Shown here piece by piece: positions 29,722-39,472 of a DNA stretch of 55,333 nt. The stretch's first letter is position 1. Every line of letters starts with the position of its first letter. Below the pieces are notes generated by a model. The model was not told where the DNA came from and made no database searches. It saw only the letters and a program-made list of their open reading frames with translations. The position numbers and the translations under genes were made by a program. This stretch comes from Candidatus Geothermarchaeota archaeon (GTDB taxonomy: Archaea > Thermoproteota > Nitrososphaeria > Geothermarchaeales > JDFR-13), in assembly GCA_015523725.1 (NCBI GenBank), contig WAJV01000034.1:1-55333 (forward strand), written 5' to 3'.

Positions 29722-31938
29722 TTACCTAAGTTTTATCTGCCTCGGTGGGTATGATGAATAATAATATGCCAAACCTACTCTATTGTCGATTAAATATATC
29801 AGTGCTATGGAGCCCTTATCGGTATTGAAATAGATATATATCACTTTTTTATCTATTTGGATTATCTGACCAGTAAATGTTTTGTTATCTTTGGTGATCC
29901 AAACGGCTGATTGATTTCCATCTATTACGAAATGGTCGAGTAATTTAGCGGGTAGAATGCTTGTATACTCATATATATAGACGTCTACATAAATAATGTC
30001 CTCTATATCTGTAATGTTTTCCATTGTATAGTTGCCTGTTGATATGTTCCATGTTAAGTGTATAGTTTTGAATCGTAGTTTCAAAGGATGAGGTAGGTAT
30101 GTATCGTTTATGTAGTAGTTCATCATTATTTTGAATCTACCATATTGATTTGTATATCCATCTGCAATTTTCTTCCCATACTTATCGAATACCTCTACTG
30201 TTACATTCTTTATTGGTGTTTTAGTTATATTACTATATATGACTCCTGTTAATATGTAGGTTACTGTGGTATTGCTGTGGAAGATGAGGCTGTTTGCTTC
30301 ATTAAATGCAGTATTTCGTATGGTTATTTTCGCGGTGGTGGCATATAACTTATTTGCAGTTGTATTGATGATGTTGACAATCCCTCCTTGAATATATATA
30401 CTCCATCCACTTGCATTTCTTAGGTCGGATCCTTCTATATTTATTATACTTTTGTTGTCTCCAGATATGAGGAGGCCGTCTAATGGCGACTGCCCCAGCC
30501 GTATTTGGCTAAGGGTTATGTTTGCTTTGCTGTTCACGGAGTTTATGTAACCAAGTCTTCTATCTGTATTCGTTATATATAAATTGCTTATTGTTATATT
30601 GCTGGGGGAGTTCTTTAGATTTAGTGTGAATCCGATTTGTATGGCTCTATCCACACTTGCATTATTTATGTCTATATTGGCTGTTGTGTTTGTTATTTGT
30701 GCTTCAAAAATTTTATCGGTTAATCCGTTCATTGTTAAGCCATTTATATTTGCCTGTATACTGCTGTTTATCGTATTAATGCTTAGGGCTTTATGAGATG
30801 CATCAGTAACCTTTATATTAAATATCGATAGGGATAGATTTGAGAATTTTGTATTTAGATCAATTATTGGTGATTCACTTATCCAGGTTAAGTTATCCAT
30901 GTCTAGACTTACCTGTGTGTTCTGTGCATCTAAGCTTAATTTATCCTGCGATTTATAGAAGGTAATGTTACTGAGTTTTACATATAATAGTCCCGAGTTT
31001 ATTGTGATCGATGAATTTAGGAGATTTGTTTTACTTACAAGCAGGTTTTTTAGGTTGAGGATTATATTAGGGTCTCCGTGTTTCTCTATATAGATAAATC
31101 TTTTGTTGTTATTTTGGATCTTCAGGTTGTCTAAATTGATTGATAATTGGCTATTTCCGGTAGTGTTTATGTATAATCCGATATTATTTCCATTTCCAAA
31201 TTCTATGTTTTGAATATTGAGGGTTAGGTCGGTATTAATTATTGATGAGTTTAGTATTGTATTTGACCATATTCCATCATCTAGGATGATGAAGATTATC
31301 TTTGAGTTTTCTGCATGGAGATTAATCATCTCCCCAGTTATGGTTGTTGTAACATTTCTTATTTTGATGTATATGTATGTGTTAGTGGTTGAAGTTTTTA
31401 ATATGTGTGTCAATTTTATATAACTAGCTTGTGTAACATATACATTCTTTAGAATTGCTGTGTAATTACCTCCTTTTGAGACTGTAATTATATCTGATAC
31501 TATATTGTTTACTCCCCCTCCCCTAGATATATTGATAAATATGTCTTCAAGGGTGAGGCTTGAGTTTGATCCCTCTAGGCTGAATAAATGGTTTGTATAT
31601 ACTCCATAAAATTCGATTGATATGTTTCTAATAACGACATTGGAGTCGATTATCTGTAACTGTTTCCCCTTTGCTATTCTGTTAACCCTCCAATGAAATC
31701 CATTTCCCTCTATTGTTAATGATTTGTCTATGTATCCTCCATAGAAGTCATCGGAGACGTTGCTTATGAAGTAGAGTGTATCGCCGTTCATAACTTGATT
31801 CGATGATACCGCATCCATAACGTTTTGGAAGTCGCCTCCCTCACCTATTGTCCATACCTTATTTCCCTTTAATCCAGGAGATGGAATCAATATTAAGGTT
31901 ATTAGTCCTAGTAATATTATCAACTTGAGAGTATTCAT
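29722..31938 (-). CDS. Large secreted/surface protein with predicted right-handed beta-helix and a C-terminal carboxypeptidase-regulatory-like beta-sandwich
   Basis: N-terminal signal peptide; G.GGDFQ.V.DAV..GDT cap; Asn/Ile/Ser/Thr-rich repeats with many N-x-S/T sequons; PI.NVTV.V....G.T...G.F near the C-terminus. Confidence 0.65.
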   Translation of the reverse strand: MNTLKLIILLGLITLILIPSPGLKGNKVWTIGEGGDFQNVMDAVSSNQVMNGDTLYFISNVSDDFYGGYIDKSLTIEGNGFHWRVNRIAKGKQLQIIDSNVVIRNISIEFYGVYTNHLFSLEGSNSSLTLEDIFINISRGGGVNNIVSDIITVSKGGNYTAILKNVYVTQASYIKLTHILKTSTTNTYIYIKIRNVTTTITGEMINLHAENSKIIFIILDDGIWSNTILNSSIINTDLTLNIQNIEFGNGNNIGLYINTTGNSQLSINLDNLKIQNNNKRFIYIEKHGDPNIILNLKNLLVSKTNLLNSSITINSGLLYVKLSNITFYKSQDKLSLDAQNTQVSLDMDNLTWISESPIIDLNTKFSNLSLSIFNIKVTDASHKALSINTINSSIQANINGLTMNGLTDKIFEAQITNTTANIDINNASVDRAIQIGFTLNLKNSPSNITISNLYITNTDRRLGYINSVNSKANITLSQIRLGQSPLDGLLISGDNKSIINIEGSDLRNASGWSIYIQGGIVNIINTTANKLYATTAKITIRNTAFNEANSLIFHSNTTVTYILTGVIYSNITKTPIKNVTVEVFDKYGKKIADGYTNQYGRFKIMMNYYINDTYLPHPLKLRFKTIHLTWNISTGNYTMENITDIEDIIYVDVYIYEYTSILPAKLLDHFVIDGNQSAVWITKDNKTFTGQIIQIDKKVIYIYFNTDKGSIALIYLIDNRVGLAYYYSSYPPRQIKLR

Positions 31939-32006
31939 ACTATAAATATACTTAGCCTATAACTTAATATAATGCTTACTATAGCCCATCGAATCCTGAT
32001 ACATTC

Positions 32007-33965
32007 TTATGGAAATAGCGTATAGAACAAGTGTAGCAAGGTTCCTATAAAAATAGCTGTAGATATATTTAGTATAGTTATAATCATTGTGTCTTTAGGT
32101 CCGAATTCCTTTATTAATGTGGCCATTGTCGATATGCAGGGAATATATATGGTTGAGATTAATGCTATACTGAATATTTGTTGTGGAGTAAGTATTGATG
32201 TTAAGTTGAATGTTCCTGTAATTTGGGGTAAGAGTAGTAATATTAACTCTTTCCTGATGAATCCAAATATTAATAGGGTACCTGTATATGTCGGCAATCC
32301 CATTAAAACATGTGTTATTGGGGATAAAATTTGATCCATGTATCCAAATATCCCTACTTTATATAAGACTTGAATTAGTCCGCTCCCCACTATATATAGT
32401 GGAAATACTAGGTATATTATTGACATCGTCCTATTAATCGTCTGCCTAAATATGACTTTAAGTGAGGGGATTCTAAATTCATGGATCTCGAGAATTAGTC
32501 CAGGTGTCTCACCAGGATACATTCTTGATGTTATATAATCTATGATTAGTATTATTGCGATGTTTATTCCATATATAAGGAGAGCCCACTCAACCCCTAG
32601 ATAAGCTGCTACCAATCCAAGTATGACTACTGTTCTAGCCGAGCATGGCACCATTGTTATTGCCAGTGATGCTAATATCCTCTCCCTCCTAGTCTCCAAT
32701 ATCCGTGTGGAGAATATTCCTGGTACGGCGCATCCATACCCTAATATAATCGGTATTATAGCTTTACCATGTAAACCAATCTTGTGCATCAAAGTGTCCA
32801 GCATAAATGCTATTCGCGTCATAATTCCTGAATCTTCCATAGCGGAGAGGAAAAGATAAAATGGAAGTACATATGGAATCACTAAAATTATTCCAGCGAC
32901 CACGCCGCCTAGTGCACCGTTTATAAATACTTCAAATAGTGTTCCTTGGAGGTTTGGTGATGCTATAAATATATAGTTAAATAGTTTTTCAATTATTGAT
33001 GATAGGAAGTCTCCCACATAGAATGTCCATAATAACAATGATATGATGACTCCTAAGGAGGTTAAAAATCCAAATATTTTATGTGTTGTAATTACATCGA
33101 GATATTCGGCTAATGTTTTGTGTGGTTCTTTGACATTTAGCACGTTTCTCAATAGGCTTGATATATACATATATCTCTGCGACGCTATTATAGCGTATGT
33201 GGGTTGCCCATATTTTTTCATAAGCTTATTTGAGATTTTTTCTACATAGTTTATTAGACCCCGATGGACATTGAGCTTTTCAATTAATTCTTGGTCTCCC
33301 TCCAGAAGTTTTATGGCGGTAAATCTGGGGGAGTATGGAGAAACTATATTATTATCCTCTATATAATCAATTATTTTTGATATAGCATCCTCTATATCTC
33401 GTGAATATTTAATCTTCTTACTAGGCTTCCTATTAATATTTTTTAGGGCTGTATCTATCAGTTCCTTAAGTCCGACGCCTTTTATAGCGACTGTAGGTAT
33501 TACGGGGACGCCTAGTAATTCGCTTAGCTTATCGAAATTAATTATTAAACCTTTTTTATCGGCCATATCTATTTGGTTTAGGCATATTATTAGTGGTATG
33601 TCCATCTCTATTAGTTGAAGGGTGAAATATAAGTTTCTCTCTATGGTTGATGCATCGATCACATTTATAACGATATCGGGTTTTTCTTTAGCTATAAATT
33701 TCCTAGTTACCTCCTCCTCTTGTGTATATGTTGTTAATGAGTATATCCCAGGGAGATCGACTAGAATGATTTCATTATCCTTATAATTTAGTTTACCGTA
33801 TGCTAGTTCAACTGTTTTGCCGGGCCAGTTACCGATTATTTGTTTAGAGCCTGTTAGTTGATTAAATATTACACTTTTACCTACATTCGCATTTCCAGCC
33901 AGTGCTATTGTGATCTCTTTACCTTTAAGTTTTAAACTGCTTATTTTCCCATGTTTATGCATCAT
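32007..33965 (-). CDS. feoB: Ferrous iron transporter FeoB
   Basis: GNANVGKS, GNWPGKTVE, DLPGIYSL, EDSG...R.AF and G.GC.VP; membrane domain. Confidence 0.95.
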   Translation of the reverse strand: MMHKHGKISSLKLKGKEITIALAGNANVGKSVIFNQLTGSKQIIGNWPGKTVELAYGKLNYKDNEIILVDLPGIYSLTTYTQEEEVTRKFIAKEKPDIVINVIDASTIERNLYFTLQLIEMDIPLIICLNQIDMADKKGLIINFDKLSELLGVPVIPTVAIKGVGLKELIDTALKNINRKPSKKIKYSRDIEDAISKIIDYIEDNNIVSPYSPRFTAIKLLEGDQELIEKLNVHRGLINYVEKISNKLMKKYGQPTYAIIASQRYMYISSLLRNVLNVKEPHKTLAEYLDVITTHKIFGFLTSLGVIISLLLWTFYVGDFLSSIIEKLFNYIFIASPNLQGTLFEVFINGALGGVVAGIILVIPYVLPFYLFLSAMEDSGIMTRIAFMLDTLMHKIGLHGKAIIPIILGYGCAVPGIFSTRILETRRERILASLAITMVPCSARTVVILGLVAAYLGVEWALLIYGINIAIILIIDYITSRMYPGETPGLILEIHEFRIPSLKVIFRQTINRTMSIIYLVFPLYIVGSGLIQVLYKVGIFGYMDQILSPITHVLMGLPTYTGTLLIFGFIRKELILLLLPQITGTFNLTSILTPQQIFSIALISTIYIPCISTMATLIKEFGPKDTMIITILNISTAIFIGTLLHLFYTLFP

Positions 33966-33974
33966 TTTTATACA

Positions 33975-34682
33975 TCAATCTTTTGAGACGAATATATTGA
34001 TCGCTATATCGGATCCTATCGCTAATCTAGATCCCCTAACCAATATCTCTATCGGTCCATTGAGTGGGGCTCTTCTTAAAATCTTTAATTTTGTCCCTGG
34101 GATTAGGCCTAAGTCATATAGTCTCCTTAATACTTTAGATTCTCCCCTAATAAATTTTATTTTGGCGTTATCACCTTCACTTAGCCATATTAGTGGTCTT
34201 AGATTCTCTTTTCGAGTGGTTCTCCCCGATAACTCTACGTTACATGCTTGGCATGAGGATACATTTATATCACATGCGGGTATTACTTCACCATGAGGGC
34301 ATTTAGCTGGGCTTCCTAAATATTTACAGAGTAATATATCTGTTTCATCTGATACTCCATGTTCAACTTCGCATGCTTCATGGTGAATATTATTTGGTCT
34401 TCTACCCAGTACCTTCCATAGGAATACTTCATATAGTCTATGTTTCCTAGTTATTTTACTCCCTAATCTCTCTCCTTTCTTAGTTAGTTTAACACCTTTA
34501 TAGGGAATGTATTCTACATAATTCTTATCAGCGAGTTTCCTAAGCATCTCGGTTATACTGGATGGCTTTACTCCCATATAATTAGCTAGAGCCGTAGTTT
34601 TAACTAAATCATCTCCCCTCGATAGTTTGTATATTGCCTCTAGATATTCCTCGATGCTCACCGATTTGTGTTTCATGCTCAA
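33975..34682 (-). CDS. DtxR/MntR-family metal-dependent repressor with C-terminal FeoA domain
   Basis: EEYLEAIY, S.TEML.KL, RKHRL.E.FL, EAC..EH, CPHG..IP and FeoA-type RL..LGL.PG...AP..GP. Confidence 0.92.
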   Translation of the reverse strand: MSMKHKSVSIEEYLEAIYKLSRGDDLVKTTALANYMGVKPSSITEMLRKLADKNYVEYIPYKGVKLTKKGERLGSKITRKHRLYEVFLWKVLGRRPNNIHHEACEVEHGVSDETDILLCKYLGSPAKCPHGEVIPACDINVSSCQACNVELSGRTTRKENLRPLIWLSEGDNAKIKFIRGESKVLRRLYDLGLIPGTKLKILRRAPLNGPIEILVRGSRLAIGSDIAINIFVSKD

Positions 34683-34696
34683 TCCATATTTTAAAA

Positions 34697-34714
34697 ATTT
34701 AGGTCTGCCTAAAT
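34697..34714. promoter_or_regulatory. DtxR/MntR-type operator palindrome ATTTAGG-TCTG-CCTAAAT
   Basis: Perfect 7-bp inverted repeat with a TTAGG-N4-CCTAA core, 15 bp upstream of the DtxR start and downstream of a TTTATA TATA-like box at about 34724-34729 (- strand). Confidence 0.8.
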
Positions 34715-34771
34715 ATTACATAATATAAATGTTTTCGGATTAATATAAAACATATATATTTTTAAGTTTGT

Positions 34772-35569
34772 ATGCGTCGTGTCTGGTAACCAATTATTTT
34801 TGTATTTTTTTCTATAAGTGGGATGATTACGTATTTATTTTTCCCCTATTCCACGTCTATAATATATATTTCTCTTTATGGATTAATCCATCCATTAAGT
34901 ATTGAACGTTTACGGGGGATATCATTGGGTATAATTAATGTATCTTATAAAGATGATGGAACCATTGATGTATATGTAGATTATAATCCTATCCTGAAGA
35001 ATGTATATTTGGGGTCTTCTAAATCGTTTACAGAGGTTGGTGTGAAGGTTGGTGAGAATGAATATGTTAGATTAAATGTATATTTCACTGGTTTATCTAT
35101 TCCCTATAACTCTACTGGCTTAGGTAGGGATTCTGGAGCTAATATTGATCGGATGGATTTAGCCTTATATTTCGAATGTCTTGGTGATGGATATAATTAT
35201 AAGTTCGTGGTTTCGTATGGAATTAACTTGGATGGAGATCGTGTCGTTTTAGTTGAGGCTTTTACTGGTGGTAGGCGAAAATATAGGCCTATTCTGTTTT
35301 TTAGGGCTGGATCTGATTACTCATCCAATAAAAATATTGTGGCTAGATTACCTAAATTTGGTGAGGATTCTATTTATTATACTAAGTCTGATGCTGAGGC
35401 GAGGAATGTTGATAGGATATATAGGAAATTTGTTGCCTGGGGTAGAGAGGAAAAGGATTTCGTTGAGGGTGGTGGAGACTATTTGGTCTATAATACCCAT
35501 ATATCAAATATACAGGATATCATTCAATTGGCGGTAATGGTTTTAAGTAAGATATTGAATAAGGTTTAA
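34772..35569 (+). pseudogene. Hypothetical exported protein with a nonsense codon in its signal/anchor region
   Basis: In-frame upstream ATG 34772 reads MRRVW*PIIFVFFSISG-MITYLFFPY, with TAA at 34787-34789. The remaining ORF is 34823-35569. Confidence 0.5.
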
Positions 35570-35689
35570 ATATTTATGGGACTTGGGTTGGAAAATCTTT
35601 TTTTGGATTGATGATATTTTCCTATTTTTATATAATATTCAATTTCTTTATATTTATATTTGGAATTTGTTCAGTGTGGTGAGGCGATT

Positions 35690-36181
35690 ATGATTAAGCT
35701 TGATGAGTTAGATAGGAAGATTCTAAATGAACTTCAAAGAGATTGTAGACAGTCATTAGACTTAATATCTAAGAAGTTGGGTGTCCCGAAATCGACTATA
35801 TACTATAGGATTAGGAAGCTTGAAGATAGTGGTGTTATTGAGGGCTATTATGCGAAGGTTAACCCAAAGGTTTTGGGCCACGAGTATTTCACTGTGACTT
35901 TAGTTAGAGCGAAATATGGCCCTGGATATCATAAGAAGGTTGGGAGAATATTGGCTAGTGTTCCAGGGGTGTGGGCTGTTTATTATGTACTTGGTGATTA
36001 TGATTTTATTGTTATTGCTAGGGCTAGGAATAGGGAGGAGTTTGTTAAGAATATTTTGGAGAGATTTATTGATCTTGATGAGATAGAACGGACTAATACC
36101 ATTACTGTTGTTGAGATATTTAAGGAGGATAATAGAATTCTCTTCCATAATGATGAGTCTGTAGAGGAACAAGATTTATAA
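35690..36181 (+). CDS. Lrp/AsnC-family regulator, BarR/Grp-like subfamily
   Basis: HTH plus AKYG..YH..VG..LA..PGVW.VY.VLGD.DF, recalled as characteristic of Sulfolobales BarR/Grp; ATG 35690. Confidence 0.85.
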   Translation: MIKLDELDRKILNELQRDCRQSLDLISKKLGVPKSTIYYRIRKLEDSGVIEGYYAKVNPKVLGHEYFTVTLVRAKYGPGYHKKVGRILASVPGVWAVYYVLGDYDFIVIARARNREEFVKNILERFIDLDEIERTNTITVVEIFKEDNRILFHNDESVEEQDL

Positions 36182-36282
36182 AGGTATCTAAATATCTAGA
36201 TACTAACCAAAAAATATCTGATTTATTTAGATGTTATTCATTATACTTTATGTGTTATAGAAAATATTTTAGGTGATAGGGA

Positions 36283-37761
36283 TTGGCTTTACTAAAGGAG
36301 GTTAGGGATTATTATGGTGATTTAATGCTTTACATTAATGGTGATTTCAAGAGATCTGAGACTGATGAGTATATGGATGTTATGAATCCGGCTTTGGATA
36401 AGGCTATTGCGAGGGTGCCCATAGCTACTCCTGAAGAAGTTGATGAGGCTGTGGAGGCTGCCGTCGATGCGTTTGAGCGGTGGAGGGATGTACCTGTACC
36501 TAATAGGGTGCAGTATCTTTTTAGGATGAAGGAGGTCTTGGAGGCTAATAAGGAAGATATTGCTCGAATTATTGTTCAGAATCATGGGAAGCATATCGAT
36601 GAGGCTAGGGGTGAAGTCAGGAGGGCTATAGAGAATATTGAGACTGCCATCGGTGTAGCGTATACCTTATACAAGGGGGAATTTATGGAGCAAGTTGCAC
36701 CCCTTATAGATGAGTATATGGTTAGGGAACCTCTTGGTGTATTTGCCATTATTAGTCCCTTCAATTTTCCAGTTATGGTTCCATTCTGGTTTCTGCCATA
36801 TGCATTGGCTGTAGGTGCTACTATAGTGGTTAAGCCGAGTGAAATTACTCCACTCCCATTTTATTGGGTGAATAAGCTCATCCATGATGTTGGGCTTCCA
36901 CCTGGAGTAGTCAATGTTGTTTATGGAAGGGGAGAGGTTGGAGAAAGATTAATTAAGCATCCTGATGTTCAAGGGGTTGCTTTTGTAGGGTCTACTAGGG
37001 TTGCTAAAAAGATATATGAGTTGACTGGTAGACTGGGGAAGAGGTCCCTGTTACAAGCGAGTGCAAAGAATTATGCTGTTGTTATGCCGGATGCTGATAT
37101 GGATAGGGCGGCTGCAAATCTAATATCATCATTCTATGGTAATACGGGTCAGAGGTGTCTCGCTAACGCCGTATTGGTCCCTGTTGGCGATGCATATGAT
37201 AAAATCGTCCCCAAATTTATTCAGTTGGCAAGACAGATTAGGCTGGGGTATGGATTGGATGAGGATGTAGACATGACTCCCATGGTCAGTAGGAGTTCTA
37301 TGGAGAGGGTCCTAAAGTATATTGAGATTGGTTTGGACGAGGGAGCAAAGTTATCTCTCGATGGTAGGAATCCAAAGGTTAAAGAATATCCGAATGGATA
37401 TTTTGTGGCACCAACTGTTTTTGAAGATGTCTCTATCGATATGAAGATCGCTAAAGAGGAGATTTTCGGCCCCGTCGCTAGTATTATTAAAGCGGATAAT
37501 CTAGATGAAGCTATCGATATGGTTAATTCCACTAGATACGGAAATGCATCCAGTATATTCACGTCGAGCGGTAAAGCTGCAAGGGTTTTTAGACGTGGGG
37601 TTAAGGTTGGAAATGTAGGAATAAATGTTGGTATTGCTGCACCGATGGCTTTCTTTCCATTCGGAGGTATGAAGGACTCGTTCTTCGGTGTTGTTCATGG
37701 CCAAATATCTTCAGTAGAGTTTTTCACTGATACAAAGATAGTTATTGAGAGATGGTGGTAG
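36283..37761 (+). CDS. mmsA: CoA-acylating (methyl)malonate-semialdehyde dehydrogenase
   Basis: PFNFP.M.P.W, KPSE, FVGST, AKN, GQRC, EEIFGP and GINVG..AP...FPFGG.K.SFFG. Confidence 0.88.
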   Translation: MALLKEVRDYYGDLMLYINGDFKRSETDEYMDVMNPALDKAIARVPIATPEEVDEAVEAAVDAFERWRDVPVPNRVQYLFRMKEVLEANKEDIARIIVQNHGKHIDEARGEVRRAIENIETAIGVAYTLYKGEFMEQVAPLIDEYMVREPLGVFAIISPFNFPVMVPFWFLPYALAVGATIVVKPSEITPLPFYWVNKLIHDVGLPPGVVNVVYGRGEVGERLIKHPDVQGVAFVGSTRVAKKIYELTGRLGKRSLLQASAKNYAVVMPDADMDRAAANLISSFYGNTGQRCLANAVLVPVGDAYDKIVPKFIQLARQIRLGYGLDEDVDMTPMVSRSSMERVLKYIEIGLDEGAKLSLDGRNPKVKEYPNGYFVAPTVFEDVSIDMKIAKEEIFGPVASIIKADNLDEAIDMVNSTRYGNASSIFTSSGKAARVFRRGVKVGNVGINVGIAAPMAFFPFGGMKDSFFGVVHGQISSVEFFTDTKIVIERWW

Positions 37762-37770
37762 AGGGGCATT

Positions 37771-38181
37771 ATGGCTATATATACATTGAGTTCATTAATC
37801 AATTCATTGGTGGAGTTTGAACAATCTGTTGCTAAAAAGTTAGTTGGTTTGGAGGGAGAATTAGAGAATAAAGATTTGTCGGAATTTGTTGGGGGAGTAT
37901 CTAGGCGAATAAGTGAGCTCCGTGATTTAAAGGGCTTTATGGTTGAGATGATCTTAGAGCCGATCTATGGAGTCGATGTTAAGGAGATGATCGATTCCAT
38001 TAAATCTGTGTCCCTTATATCTCCCCCGATTGAAGCAGCGAAGAAGGTTTTGAATATTTACATAGATCTCTATAGTAGGCTGTCACGTGAGGTATATGGT
38101 GTATCGATGGAATTAAGTATGTTGTTGGAGCGATATATGAAATATGCATATAGTATATTGAATAAATTGTCAGTAGAATAA
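37771..38181 (+). CDS. Hypothetical helical protein
   Basis: 136 aa with GAGGGG RBS, directly downstream of mmsA; EMILEPI segment. Confidence 0.6.
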   Translation: MAIYTLSSLINSLVEFEQSVAKKLVGLEGELENKDLSEFVGGVSRRISELRDLKGFMVEMILEPIYGVDVKEMIDSIKSVSLISPPIEAAKKVLNIYIDLYSRLSREVYGVSMELSMLLERYMKYAYSILNKLSVE

Positions 38182-39372
38182 TATGGCTACTAATGCTACA
38201 AGGAATACTGTAGCCCCCGCGGCAAGATATACATGCTTAAATGTTCTTACAATATCTGCTTTGAAATGTTCGACTGTGAGTACTATGCATAGGTGTGCTG
38301 GGGATAGCATTACGCCTATCCATCCGCCAGTGAAGCCCATTAGGAGTGTTATTGGATTGATGCCATTTGGGGTCAGCAATATCTGTAGTAGGATGGGGAA
38401 TGCTATTGCAGCGAAGACGAATTCTCCAGCAGTCGCTATACCTAGAGAGAATGGGATTATGAATGCAACTAGGCTTTCATTAATGTTATATCCTCTCAAT
38501 ATCATGTACATTTGGTTGGCTGCACCGCTACTTACTATGAATTCCCTGAATATCATTGCCAAGAATATTATGAGGAGTAACTTTGGGTCTAGGGCTGTTT
38601 TTAATCCTTGTTTCCAAGCCTTCTTGTTAGGTTTATACACTAGAATTATGCTTAAGAGTGTTATGAATAGAGTTATTGATATATCTATTTTTAATATTAG
38701 TGCTAGAACAGCTATCTCGATAAATATCCATGTATGTTTAAAGAAGTCTAGTTTCTTTCCGTTTACATGCCCCTCCAAACCTGTATTTTTCTCTATGTAT
38801 AGGCTATATATAACTCCGACTAGTATACCGGAGAGGGCTGCTGGATAAGTATATTTAATTATGTCATATACTGTTGTTTGGAGGAGGGCTGCAGTTAATA
38901 TTATTGCTTGGTATAGTGGCCATGTGGGCACCCATATATGTCGGAACCAATAGTTTAGGAATGAGGCTCTATTTCTCTCTAGTTTTAGGTCGTTGAAATA
39001 TAGGTTATAGGTCATCATTGCAGATACTAAGGCTCCTCCCGGCATGGGTATTAGGCCTATGAGTGCTGGGATTGCTAGGGATGCGAATTTTACATTGATA
39101 CTCATTAGTCCTTTCGTAATATCGTCTAGTACACCGGTTTCTTTCAATACTCCGGCTATGAATAATGCTTGTATTATAGCTGTCAATAGTCTAAGTGTGT
39201 GAATGTTTGTTGAGCCTATATATATGTCTAGTAGTAGGGTTTGGGGGTTAAGGGTTAATAGTCCATAAAGAAATGTTCCGGTTATTAATGATAGATGAAC
39301 TTTTCTGGTTAGGAGTAATATGGTTATTATTATTGCTACGCTTGCTATGTATGCGTATACTGGTGGAATCGT
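38170..39372 (-). CDS. DUF401-family membrane protein
   Basis: PA.IGL.PMPGGA..SA, NYWFRH.W and G...SP.HLC. The frame is open upstream of the called TTG 39186 through further hydrophobic segments to ACG 39372 behind GGTGGGGGG. Confidence 0.85.
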   Translation of the reverse strand, partial: TIPPVYAYIASVAIIITILLLTRKVHLSLITGTFLYGLLTLNPQTLLLDIYIGSTNIHTLRLLTAIIQALFIAGVLKETGVLDDITKGLMSINVKFASLAIPALIGLIPMPGGALVSAMMTYNLYFNDLKLERNRASFLNYWFRHIWVPTWPLYQAIILTAALLQTTVYDIIKYTYPAALSGILVGVIYSLYIEKNTGLEGHVNGKKLDFFKHTWIFIEIAVLALILKIDISITLFITLLSIILVYKPNKKAWKQGLKTALDPKLLLIIFLAMIFREFIVSSGAANQMYMILRGYNINESLVAFIIPFSLGIATAGEFVFAAIAFPILLQILLTPNGINPITLLMGFTGGWIGVMLSPAHLCIVLTVEHFKADIVRTFKHVYLAAGATVFLVALVAILFY

Positions 39373-39472
39373 ATATATCCCCCCACCATTAATCGGAAAT
39401 TTTCCTTTAAATTAATCATTGGATATAATTTTGGTAAAAACTTTATTGCAGATATTTTATTAAACTATTTGT

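Noticed and set aside
32440-32452. GTCTGCCTAAATA inside feoB, matching half of the DtxR operator
   Set aside because: It is a half-site only, deep in coding sequence, and lacks the TTAGG arm.
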